Below, piece after piece: positions 20,308-29,518 of a DNA stretch of 64,000 nt. Position 1 is the first letter of the stretch, and every line of letters starts with the position of its first letter. Under the pieces are notes generated by a model. It worked only from the letters and a program-made list of their open reading frames with translations, searched no databases and was not told the DNA's origin. Origin of the DNA: Candidatus Babeliales bacterium (lineage in GTDB: Bacteria; Babelota; Babeliae; Babelales; JANWKD01); contig CAVXJH010000006.1 of NCBI GenBank assembly GCA_963762115.1, positions 448,001 through 512,000 of the forward strand, given 5' to 3'. A program made the translations under genes and the position numbers.

Positions 20308-23083
20308 AACGCTCTCTTTTTATTTCCTTAAAGGCTATATTCTTTTTAAGTATGAATTGTTGAATGTTTTGCGTATGTTGATTCCACGTATAATTTTCGA
20401 GTGCCTTTTTGCGGGCATTTGTTCTCATTTTTTGTAAATCACTCTCCGATAGATTGCTCAATAAGCATGCTGCTTGTATAAAGTGTTCGACATTTTCAGG
20501 ATGCATCATAAACCCTATTTCATGGTTAACGGTAATAGCATTGTTAAAATTTTCTATTTTAAATGCAGGATTAATTATTTCAGAAAGTTGTTCTAAATCT
20601 GAAGCAATAATTGGTTTTCCCATACTTAAATATTCAAAAATTTTGGTAGGAGAGCCAAAGAATCGTGTTCCATCGGCATTTGGTTGTGTTGGTGATAAAA
20701 AAGCATCACAAGCAGCTAAAAATTCTTTTGCCTTATGATGGGGAATTGCTCCAGTAAACGTTACATTATCAAGAGTTATATGTTGTTTTTGCAATTCTAT
20801 TTCTAAGTATTTTTTTAATACGCCATCACCAATAAGCATAAAGTGTGCGTGGGGTTCCTGTTTTATTACTTCAGGGATCACTTGCGCTAAGAGTTCGATG
20901 CCATGCCAGTAAGAAAAAGTGCCAATAAAGCCAAAAACGAATTTATCTTCAAGACCATATTGTTTGTGGAGTGCCGTTCTTTGTCGAACAAGATTTTCTG
21001 GGTTAAATTGTTCAGTATCAACACCATTTGGATTAACGAGAATTTTATGCGCATTAATATTTCTTAGTATAAGTTCATCTTTAAGTGCTTGAGAAACAAC
21101 AACAATGTAATCGGCAGAATGTAAGTTTATATATTCAATAATCTTTGCCAAACCCATTAAATGCAGCCATTGTTTTTCTGCCCAAATGCGAAAGACCCAG
21201 ACTTCAGAGCCGTTGTATTCTAAAATTAAAGGAATTTTTTTTAATCTGCTGAGTAAAACACCGGTAAAATTAAGTAGACTGTATCGTTGATAAATGGCAT
21301 TAATTTTTTCGCATTTAAATAATTTTTTTATTTGTAGAGCAAAAAAGAAGGTTGAAAAAAAACAATCAAGATGCCATCGTAAATAGCCCAATTTCCAACG
21401 CATAAAACAAAAAATAGGCCATACTCGTAATGGTATAAAAGTAATATTCGGGGTCGTTTTTAAGATTGATTTCATTGCGGAAGATGCACACATGATCTTG
21501 CTTCCTGTATGCAAGAATCCATTAATTACACCAAGAGTATGAGTAATTGAGCCTCCAGTTTTGATTTCTTGTGAGCAAATATCGGTTCTTAAATAAAGAA
21601 TTGTACCAAATGAAGTTTTTGTATCTAATGTTCTTGAGCAAAAAATTTGAATAAAATTTTTTGTTTTTTGGGTAATTAAATTGGTAAGCCATTTTTTTTC
21701 ATCAGAGGTAATAATAGTGCTCATTAATAAAGCAAAAGGCCAACTTGTCAACAGTATAAATGAATAATACCAAGGAGCTGTATGGATGAATAATAGATTA
21801 AAAGTTATTATATACATAATAAAGAGAATGCATAAAGTAGCGATTTTTTTTGAATCGATAATTGTATGAGTGTATATTTTTGAGCACGTATAATAACTAA
21901 TTATTGCATAAAAAAGAAATGCTAAAGCATTTCCTGCTAAAATGCCAGGAAGGTTGTAACTACATAAAAAAAATAGTGTGCTCGTTTGTACGCAAAGCGC
22001 GATTAATGAGAGAATTGGTACATAAAAAGTTTTTAATGCTAATCCAAATCCAGTTTGTACTATGCGTGCAATTTCAAGAATTATAAGAGGAAGAAAAAAA
22101 AGAGGGAGATAATTTATTAAGAAAAAATATTTATAAGGAAATGCGATGGCAATAGCGCAACGAGCAACAAAAATTGCTAGAAGACAGCAACTTGTTAGCA
22201 TAATGCAGAAATAAGTAATTAGTTTTGAGATTAAAAAGTTACCATTTTCTTCTTTTTGTGCATTATAAAAAATAACCGGCGAAGCATCAATCATGGCTAT
22301 TGAAACAATTTGAAAGATTCCACCAAATTTCCATAACAATGCATAAATGCCTAAAGCTTCATATCCTAAAAAATTTTGTATGCATAATCGATCTACTGAA
22401 GAAAATCCTGTATAAATAACACTATATGCCAAGAGTGGAATGCTATAGATAAGTTGTTCTTTAAAAATAGTTTTAGAGAATTTACAATTTTTTAAAAAAA
22501 GATGAAAAAAGATTGGCATAAAAATAAAAAATGACACTAAATTGGCATAAAAAAATGATTTAATGCCAAAATTATATATAACACCTATCAAAGTACCAAT
22601 AATTGCTAAGAAATTTTGACCACAAAATAATGCCAAATAAAGCCATAATTTCTCGGTAACCCTCAAAAATGAAAGCACCATTGAAAATAGGCCAAAAAAT
22701 GAAACACTAAAAATGGTGATAATAATATAATCCGAGGAAAGTGAAAAAATATTAAAATAGAGCGATCCAAATATTAAACATGGTGCCAGTAGTGCATTTA
22801 CAAGAACAAATAAGAAAGCATTTCCCATTGCCTGCTGTTGCTTTAACGGATCATCTTTATAGAGTAAAAAAAATCGAGTCATTGAAATTGCAGCACAAGA
22901 GACAAGTAATAAAGTCCCTTGAGAAAAAAATAATTGATAAAATTCCCAAATGCCAATTTCAGTGAGCGTAAGCCGTGATAAGAAATACGGGAAAAATAAA
23001 AAACTTACTATGCGTATGAATATTCCGCTTATGCTATAAATAAAGCTGTTATATGCACCACGTTTTACATAACTTAAGAGCAT
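20300..23083 (-). CDS. Wzx/MOP-type oligosaccharide flippase fused to GT4 glycosyltransferase
   Basis: N-terminal ~460 aa with 12-14 TM and flippase-like VDRL...LGIYALL; C-terminal PNGVDT, FIGTFSYWHG, SPTKIFEYLSMGKPII. Confidence 0.85.
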   Translation of the reverse strand: MLLSYVKRGAYNSFIYSISGIFIRIVSFLFFPYFLSRLTLTEIGIWEFYQLFFSQGTLLLVSCAAISMTRFFLLYKDDPLKQQQAMGNAFLFVLVNALLAPCLIFGSLYFNIFSLSSDYIIITIFSVSFFGLFSMVLSFLRVTEKLWLYLALFCGQNFLAIIGTLIGVIYNFGIKSFFYANLVSFFIFMPIFFHLFLKNCKFSKTIFKEQLIYSIPLLAYSVIYTGFSSVDRLCIQNFLGYEALGIYALLWKFGGIFQIVSIAMIDASPVIFYNAQKEENGNFLISKLITYFCIMLTSCCLLAIFVARCAIAIAFPYKYFFLINYLPLFFLPLIILEIARIVQTGFGLALKTFYVPILSLIALCVQTSTLFFLCSYNLPGILAGNALAFLFYAIISYYTCSKIYTHTIIDSKKIATLCILFIMYIITFNLLFIHTAPWYYSFILLTSWPFALLMSTIITSDEKKWLTNLITQKTKNFIQIFCSRTLDTKTSFGTILYLRTDICSQEIKTGGSITHTLGVINGFLHTGSKIMCASSAMKSILKTTPNITFIPLRVWPIFCFMRWKLGYLRWHLDCFFSTFFFALQIKKLFKCEKINAIYQRYSLLNFTGVLLSRLKKIPLILEYNGSEVWVFRIWAEKQWLHLMGLAKIIEYINLHSADYIVVVSQALKDELILRNINAHKILVNPNGVDTEQFNPENLVRQRTALHKQYGLEDKFVFGFIGTFSYWHGIELLAQVIPEVIKQEPHAHFMLIGDGVLKKYLEIELQKQHITLDNVTFTGAIPHHKAKEFLAACDAFLSPTQPNADGTRFFGSPTKIFEYLSMGKPIIASDLEQLSEIINPAFKIENFNNAITVNHEIGFMMHPENVEHFIQAACLLSNLSESDLQKMRTNARKKALENYTWNQHTQNIQQFILKKNIAFKEIKRERYA

Positions 23084-24345
23084 GCTGTTCCTTTATTTTT
23101 TGTTGCTAAAATAATCTTATCAACGTGGTGTTGCCAATCATGTTGTTCTGTAGCTTTTTTACGAGCACATTCACCCATTTTTAATTGATCCTGTTCTTGG
23201 AAATCAATCAACAAGCATGCTGCTTTGATGAAAGCGTTTTTATCGGTGGCGGGGATTGCAAAACCTACTTGATTAGTAATGTGGGCAGTATTCTCATCTA
23301 AGTTTTGTAAATTAAATGCCGGATAAATTAACTCACTAACTTGATCAAGATTGGAAGCGATAATAGGTTTCCCCATGCTCAGGTATTCAAAAATTTTTGT
23401 TGGTGATCCAAAAAATGGTGAACCATCGGGATTTGGTTGGGTTGGACATAAAAATGCATCACAGGCAGCCAAATATTCACGAGACTTGTGTTGAGGAATC
23501 AAACCTGTGCACGTAACATGGCCAGATTGTATGAATTCTCGCATGGCTGTATGAAAATAAGTAAATAACGGTCCATCGCCTATTAGGAGAAAGTGAACAT
23601 TTTTCTTTTGTGCTAGAATTTCAGGAATGATTGCTGCAAGCATTTCAATGCCATGCCACGCTGAAAATGTGCCAATGAAACCAAAAACAAAGGTATCTTG
23701 CATGTGTAATGTTTCACGAAGAGAGGTTCTCTCTTTTGTTAAGAGCGCAGGATTAAAGAGTTGTGTGTTAACGCCATTGGGATTTACTAATATTTTTGAT
23801 GCATTATAGCCGCGAGCAATAAGCTCATCTTTAAGTGGCTTTGAAACAACCACAATGAGATGGGCATAGTTTAAATTTATATGCTCAAAAAATTTAATGA
23901 GGGCTCTTAATGAAAGCCAATGCTTTTTTGTCCAAAACTTGTCAACCCAGATTTCCGAACCATTATATTCAAGAATACAATTTACTTTTTTGATACGACT
24001 TACTAAAACGCCCGTACAATTTAACAATGAATACCGTTGATAGATAAAATCTATTTTTTCTTGGCGTAGGTAGCGGATCGTTTGTAGGGTAAAGAAAAAA
24101 GATGATAGCAAGCAATTAATTTTCCAACGCAAAAAATGAACAAGGCTAGGATTTGCAAGAGTATATAATGCCGTTAATGGTAATTTTTGTAATGAATCAT
24201 GCATAAGGGAAGATGCACACAGCACTGAATAACCCAGCGATAAAAAGCCTTCAATGACTCCCAAGGTGTGTGCAACAGAACCGCCGGCAATAAGGGGTTT
24301 ATCGCAAATATCAGTGCGCAGGTAGAGTATTTTTTTTTGCATCAT
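23074..24345 (-). CDS. GT4 glycosyltransferase
   Basis: NPNGVNT, FIGTFSAWHG, SPTKIFEYLSMGKPIIAS; paralog of the GT4 half of 20300-23083. Confidence 0.9.
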   Translation of the reverse strand: MMQKKILYLRTDICDKPLIAGGSVAHTLGVIEGFLSLGYSVLCASSLMHDSLQKLPLTALYTLANPSLVHFLRWKINCLLSSFFFTLQTIRYLRQEKIDFIYQRYSLLNCTGVLVSRIKKVNCILEYNGSEIWVDKFWTKKHWLSLRALIKFFEHINLNYAHLIVVVSKPLKDELIARGYNASKILVNPNGVNTQLFNPALLTKERTSLRETLHMQDTFVFGFIGTFSAWHGIEMLAAIIPEILAQKKNVHFLLIGDGPLFTYFHTAMREFIQSGHVTCTGLIPQHKSREYLAACDAFLCPTQPNPDGSPFFGSPTKIFEYLSMGKPIIASNLDQVSELIYPAFNLQNLDENTAHITNQVGFAIPATDKNAFIKAACLLIDFQEQDQLKMGECARKKATEQHDWQHHVDKIILATKNKGTACS

Positions 24346-26306
24346 ATGAGTTCATTGGCAATAAGATTTTGTAATGTCCACAATTGCACCGAATATTCAA
24401 ATTCAGGTTTTTGATGGTGTTCAAACATCGTGGTGACGGTGTTAACATCCAAGAATTCATGCCACATTTTGTTTTTGCTGTGCAACATATCTTGGAAATA
24501 GGGTTTGAAATACGCACCCTCTTTGAACCATCGTTTGGTTGGCGCAGCAAAGCCCATTTTTTTGCGATAAATTGTATCATAGGGCAAAATGCCTTCGCAT
24601 GCTTTTTTGAGAATATATTTGGTTATGCCATTTTTATATTTTAATGATGCAGGAATTTGTAGTGCGAATTCAACTAAGCGATGATCAAGAAAGGGTACTC
24701 GTGCTTCAACGGATGTTGCCATGGTCATTTTATCAACACGCATGAGCAGCAATTCTGGTAAGCGATGTTTGAGTTCAAGATAGATCATCGATGTTAAAAA
24801 ATCAGCATCTTTATTGTGTCGTTTTAGTTGATTTAAATGATATTCAACAACGGCATAACTATTAAAAATTTGATTAAATTCTGGATATATTTTTTCCACC
24901 ATTTCATCGTGCATTGGTACTAATTGAGCAGGTTGTATGATATTTTTTTTCCAGGTTTCAGAAAATGCTGTTGCGCCGCTCCAGAAAAAGCTTTTTCCAT
25001 CTGCCCAATTTTTGATCATATCAAGGCGATTTTGTTTTTGTGGAAATAACGTTGAAAGGAGTTGATAAGCAGTTTGTTTGGCAAAAGCGGGAATGAATTT
25101 TTGTGAAGGCTTCCAATAGCGATTGTAATAATCAAGATAGGTTGCATAACTGGAGTAACCACAGAATAATTCATCTGAACCTTCGCCAACTTGCACCACA
25201 ACAACGCCGGCATCTCTGAGTAATTTCGAAACATAATACAACGGAATGCACACACAATCTGCTAATGGTTCATCTTGGTGATACACCATTTTTTCAAAAA
25301 ATTGAAAAGCATCTTTTTCTGAAATCACCAGTTCATGATGTTCAGTGTTAAATTGGCGAGCAATTTTGCGTGCCCATTGCACTTCACTATATTCAGGGCC
25401 GTCATCAAATGAGACATTAAATGTTTTAACTTGTGGGGTGAATTCTGACATGAGCGCAACATTTAAACTTGAATCGATGCCACCTGAAAGAAAAACGCCG
25501 TAAGGAACATCTGACATCATTTGTTGTTTCACTGAATCACGAAGCATTGTGCGTAGAGTATCAACGCAAAATTGTTCATTGTTTACTAATTTTTTGTCAT
25601 ACATAATTTCTGGTTGCAGCGGCGTATACCATTCATGGAAAGTATACTGTTTTTGTGCATCAATCTTGAGATAATGGGATGCAGGTAATTTATAAATGCC
25701 TTTATAGAGTGTCATTGGTGCTGGTGTAATCATGTAAGTTAGATAATGATACAGTGCTTGTGGATTAAGTTCTTTAGTGATCCAAGGTAATGGCCAGAGT
25801 GCTTTAATTTCTGAGGCAAAACTCAATATTTCGCCTTCTACTGAAAAATAAAGAGGCTTTATACCAAGGCGATCACGCACTAAATAAAATTCATGGGTGC
25901 GTTTATCAAAAATGATTATTGAAAACATGCCATTTAATTTTTGTAATGTTTTTTCAATGCCCCATTCTTTATAGGCATGCACAATAGTTTCAGTATCAGA
26001 ATTGGATGAATAACGATAGCCTAACGCTTCGAGTTCTTTGCGTAGTTCTGGATGATTATAAATTTCACCATTGCACATAACCACAACTGATTGTTCTTTA
26101 TCCATCATTGGTTGAAATCCAGCTTCAGAAAGATCAAGGATGCTCAAGCGGCGATGAAAAAAGCCAACGCCATGTTCATTGTCAGTCCAAATACGATAAC
26201 CATCTGGCCCACGATGAGCAACTTGTTGTTGCATGCGCTCCAAGAGTGATTGATCAGGAGTAAAAGAACGTTTTGAAAGGTTGATATAGCCACCAAGTCC
26301 ACACAT
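24342..26306 (-). CDS. asnB: asparagine synthase-type glutamine amidotransferase
   Basis: N-terminal MCG, HRGPD, HRRLSILDL, NGEIYN, DRLGIKPLY, LSGGIDSS, GEGSDELF, EARVPFLD. Confidence 0.92.
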   Translation of the reverse strand: MCGLGGYINLSKRSFTPDQSLLERMQQQVAHRGPDGYRIWTDNEHGVGFFHRRLSILDLSEAGFQPMMDKEQSVVVMCNGEIYNHPELRKELEALGYRYSSNSDTETIVHAYKEWGIEKTLQKLNGMFSIIIFDKRTHEFYLVRDRLGIKPLYFSVEGEILSFASEIKALWPLPWITKELNPQALYHYLTYMITPAPMTLYKGIYKLPASHYLKIDAQKQYTFHEWYTPLQPEIMYDKKLVNNEQFCVDTLRTMLRDSVKQQMMSDVPYGVFLSGGIDSSLNVALMSEFTPQVKTFNVSFDDGPEYSEVQWARKIARQFNTEHHELVISEKDAFQFFEKMVYHQDEPLADCVCIPLYYVSKLLRDAGVVVVQVGEGSDELFCGYSSYATYLDYYNRYWKPSQKFIPAFAKQTAYQLLSTLFPQKQNRLDMIKNWADGKSFFWSGATAFSETWKKNIIQPAQLVPMHDEMVEKIYPEFNQIFNSYAVVEYHLNQLKRHNKDADFLTSMIYLELKHRLPELLLMRVDKMTMATSVEARVPFLDHRLVEFALQIPASLKYKNGITKYILKKACEGILPYDTIYRKKMGFAAPTKRWFKEGAYFKPYFQDMLHSKNKMWHEFLDVNTVTTMFEHHQKPEFEYSVQLWTLQNLIANELI

Positions 26307-26512
26307 AGTTCACCTTTTTTTTAAATGTTATTGGTATGGTGTAATGATTGCATTGTTTTCTACCATAACAAGAAGGTTATACCATGTAATTTTAAAAAGA
26401 TGAAATGTTGTATTTTTTATGGGTAATGTAAATATGGTGTTGAGAAATATTAATTATACATGTTAGAAAAAAACAAGAGTGAAAATATCAAAAAAGAAGG
26501 TGAATAAGAGCC

Positions 26513-27334
26513 ATGGGATACAAAAGAGTAGTGAAAAAAATATTTGTATTAATACCTTTTTTAGTGCTGTTTTTTGTAAACGCACATGCACATCATATTG
26601 CTCTGATTTCTATTCCTAAATGCGGTACACATTTGCTAAAAAAACTTTTATTAAAAATGATTGATTCAGAGGCCTATATTGAACCCCAAAAGGTATTTTT
26701 ATATGATGAAACGAGTATTCAAGATTTTTTTTCGAAATCTGCATTATTGAGTTCTCATGCATTACATACTGAAGAAAATGTCGAAAAAATAGCTAATTTA
26801 GCTATTAAGAAAATATTTATTTATCGAGATCCTCGAGATCAAATTATTTCAGCTGCTTTTTGGATGAAAAAAAATCGTAATATATGGCGTTTATTTGAAA
26901 AAGCTCCCATGAGTAGGATTATTGATGAACTTATATATGGTGGTGGATCGATTTGGTCATATATATTTTCATGTCGAATCCCTTGGCAAGATTTATATGG
27001 AATAGCTTCATTTTATAATTATTATTTACCATGGCGATTTGAGCTGAATGTTTATACAACTACTTTTGAAAAGTTAGTGGGTCCACAAGGTGGCGGTAGT
27101 CAAGAATTGCAATATCAAGAAATTTTTGCGATTGCTAATTTTCTTGGTATATCCATAACTTTTGAAGAAGTTCAGGCTTTAGCAGCAGAGTTATTTGGGG
27201 GGACTCAAACATTTCGTGAAGGCAAGATTGGTTCATGGAAAAAATATTTTTCCCAAACCCATAAAGAAGCATTTAAGAATGTTGCTGGTCAGCTTCTCAT
27301 TGATTTGGGATATGAAAGAGACATAAATTGGTAA
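26513..27334 (+). CDS. PAPS-dependent sulfotransferase family protein with signal peptide
   Basis: 5'-PSB-like PKCGTHLL, 3'-PB-like YRDPRDQIIS, C-terminal FREGKIGSWK. Confidence 0.82.
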   Translation: MGYKRVVKKIFVLIPFLVLFFVNAHAHHIALISIPKCGTHLLKKLLLKMIDSEAYIEPQKVFLYDETSIQDFFSKSALLSSHALHTEENVEKIANLAIKKIFIYRDPRDQIISAAFWMKKNRNIWRLFEKAPMSRIIDELIYGGGSIWSYIFSCRIPWQDLYGIASFYNYYLPWRFELNVYTTTFEKLVGPQGGGSQELQYQEIFAIANFLGISITFEEVQALAAELFGGTQTFREGKIGSWKKYFSQTHKEAFKNVAGQLLIDLGYERDINW

Positions 27335-27350
27335 TATTGCCAAAATAAAT

Positions 27351-28763
27351 TTATCGCAATTTAAATTTTCTAAAGGCAACAAATGACATGAGCAATAATG
27401 AAAAGCCATTTCTAAAGCGACTAATTTGTGTGCTGCCATAGGTGCGATTTTTATAATGCACGGGAACATCAATGATTTTTAGATTTTGTTTTGCAGCACC
27501 AAATAACAAATCAAAATCGCCAAAAGGATCAAAGTTGCCAAAAAATGCACGATTATGCCAAATATTTTCATACTCTTTTTTGAACAATACTTTTGTGCCG
27601 CATAAAGTATCTTTTATTGGTTGCCCCAGAAGCCATGAAAATCCAAGGCCAAAACAGTAATTTGCAAAAAGATTAAGTGGTCGCATTGCTTCAGATTCCA
27701 TGCCATAGACTAAGCGTGAACCATTGATAAATTCACCTTTATTTTCAATAAGTGCTTTATAAAATTTTGGTAGCTCTTCTGGCGGTGCCGTTAAATCGGC
27801 ATCTTGTATCATGAGAATATCGCCATGCGCTTGTGCAAAACCTAAATGCACGGCATTTCCTTTACCTTTTCCGTCTTGCACAAAATAACGAATATTTTTT
27901 TCAGGATATACTTGTTGTACGCGTTTAATTTCTTCCAACGTGTTATCTTTTGAATTGCCTTCAACAAAAATAATCTCCGTGAATTTTCCCATAACGGGAC
28001 ATCGTTGCACGGCAGGTTCAATATTACCGTGTTCATTTTTACAAGGAATAATCACGGAAACAGAATATGATTCATCAGTTGCTAGAGGATATAAAGGGCG
28101 TGCAACAAGCCATTGCGTCAAGCACAAGGCATTAATGAAGGGAAGTGAAGCAATATAGGTGTTGATAAACCAAGAGAATAAGGGAATATAGCACGGAATA
28201 AGGATATGGCTTTCATGACGAACAACTTCAAAATTGGCTAAATGGAGAAAATTTTTAACATCAATAAGTGATAACCAATTTTTCAGTTGCGTTGAGCGAC
28301 GTAATTTTAATTTTTGTGTTAACCATAAAATTGGTTCCCAAGCACATGAATAAAAATCAAGAACAATACGTGTGCCAGAATGACAAAATTTGTGCAATGA
28401 TTCAAAAAGCATTTGCACATCATCAGTTTCCATAATTGCCGATGAAAGCATAATATAATCGAATTTTTGAGCGCTTGAAATATCATTAATCGATGTTGAA
28501 AAAAATTGATAGTTGGTGTGAGTTTGTTGTGCTTCGGTGATGCATTGGGCGTCATCATCAATGCCAACGCCTGTTTTTGGATTTAATTTTGAAAGAATAA
28601 AGCCATTTTTACAGCTTACCTGCAGAATGGCTTTCTCTTTTGGAATAAAGAAGGCGTATAATTTTGCAATATAATGGTGATAATACCAATTTTTTTTTAG
28701 CCAATAATCATACGATTTTTTTTCTTGGGTTAACGATATTTCTATTGTTTTCATGCTACTCAC
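27351..28763 (-). CDS. methyltransferase-like domain fused to GT2 glycosyltransferase
   Basis: N-terminal Rossmann-like ILQVSCKNG...VGIDD; C-terminal SVIIPCKNE, EGNSKD, QDADLT, DTLCGTK. Confidence 0.82.
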   Translation of the reverse strand: MSSMKTIEISLTQEKKSYDYWLKKNWYYHHYIAKLYAFFIPKEKAILQVSCKNGFILSKLNPKTGVGIDDDAQCITEAQQTHTNYQFFSTSINDISSAQKFDYIMLSSAIMETDDVQMLFESLHKFCHSGTRIVLDFYSCAWEPILWLTQKLKLRRSTQLKNWLSLIDVKNFLHLANFEVVRHESHILIPCYIPLFSWFINTYIASLPFINALCLTQWLVARPLYPLATDESYSVSVIIPCKNEHGNIEPAVQRCPVMGKFTEIIFVEGNSKDNTLEEIKRVQQVYPEKNIRYFVQDGKGKGNAVHLGFAQAHGDILMIQDADLTAPPEELPKFYKALIENKGEFINGSRLVYGMESEAMRPLNLFANYCFGLGFSWLLGQPIKDTLCGTKVLFKKEYENIWHNRAFFGNFDPFGDFDLLFGAAKQNLKIIDVPVHYKNRTYGSTQISRFRNGFSLLLMSFVAFRKFKLR

Positions 28764-28843
28764 ACGGTATAAAAAGATTATTTTTTACTTTTAACAGTAA
28801 TGCAGTTTTAGCGTGAGAGCAAGATTAAGATTGTTTTTTATTA

Positions 28844-29395
28844 TTAATCTTCTCCATATGAACTCCAAATATAGCCTAAAAAAGATCTTAATACGGTAAG
28901 ATGTCGTTCTACATAATCTTTGGGATTATTTATGCAATTACGAGATTCTTCTATAAGTTCTTCAGATGTTTTTTCTATGGTGTTAATCATAAGATTTTTG
29001 CTTTTTATTATGCACATCGTGCAGCAATTATCATCTTCTTCTTGAAAATTATTTTCTTCTTGAACGTTATTGTAGGTACTTTTACATAGAGGACAATTTA
29101 CAAATTTATAGTGTTGAAGCTTGGCAAAACAAGCAACATCTAATCCATGTTGACAGGGAAGTATGACAATTGCTTTTGTTTCTAATTTTTCATAACATAT
29201 GACGCATTTTTCTTTTTGCATGTCTTTGAAGGTTAAATCAGAGAAGTTCTTTTTCGTGTCTTTTGTTTCGACAAGATCAGAACTATCAGTTTTTCCAGCA
29301 TTGGGCCGTTGCATAAGTTGTTGTTCCATAGTAAAAATTGTACTGCTCGTACAAAACAAAAACAAACTTAGAGAAAAATTGGTATGTTTTATCAT
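28844..29395 (-). CDS. secreted RING-finger protein (putative E3 ligase effector)
   Basis: CVIC-x13-CQH-x2-D-x2-C-x10-CPLC; N-terminal hydrophobic signal. Confidence 0.72.
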   Translation of the reverse strand: MIKHTNFSLSLFLFCTSSTIFTMEQQLMQRPNAGKTDSSDLVETKDTKKNFSDLTFKDMQKEKCVICYEKLETKAIVILPCQHGLDVACFAKLQHYKFVNCPLCKSTYNNVQEENNFQEEDDNCCTMCIIKSKNLMINTIEKTSEELIEESRNCINNPKDYVERHLTVLRSFLGYIWSSYGED

Positions 29396-29518
29396 AAAAA
29401 ACCTTTCTTTTTGCGTAATGAAATGAAATTATTTATCATGGAACTTAGCGTATCCATTATTTTCTTTGGGGTATGCTTATTAATGCCATCATTCTTACTT
29501 GCAGGAAACTTTAAAATT

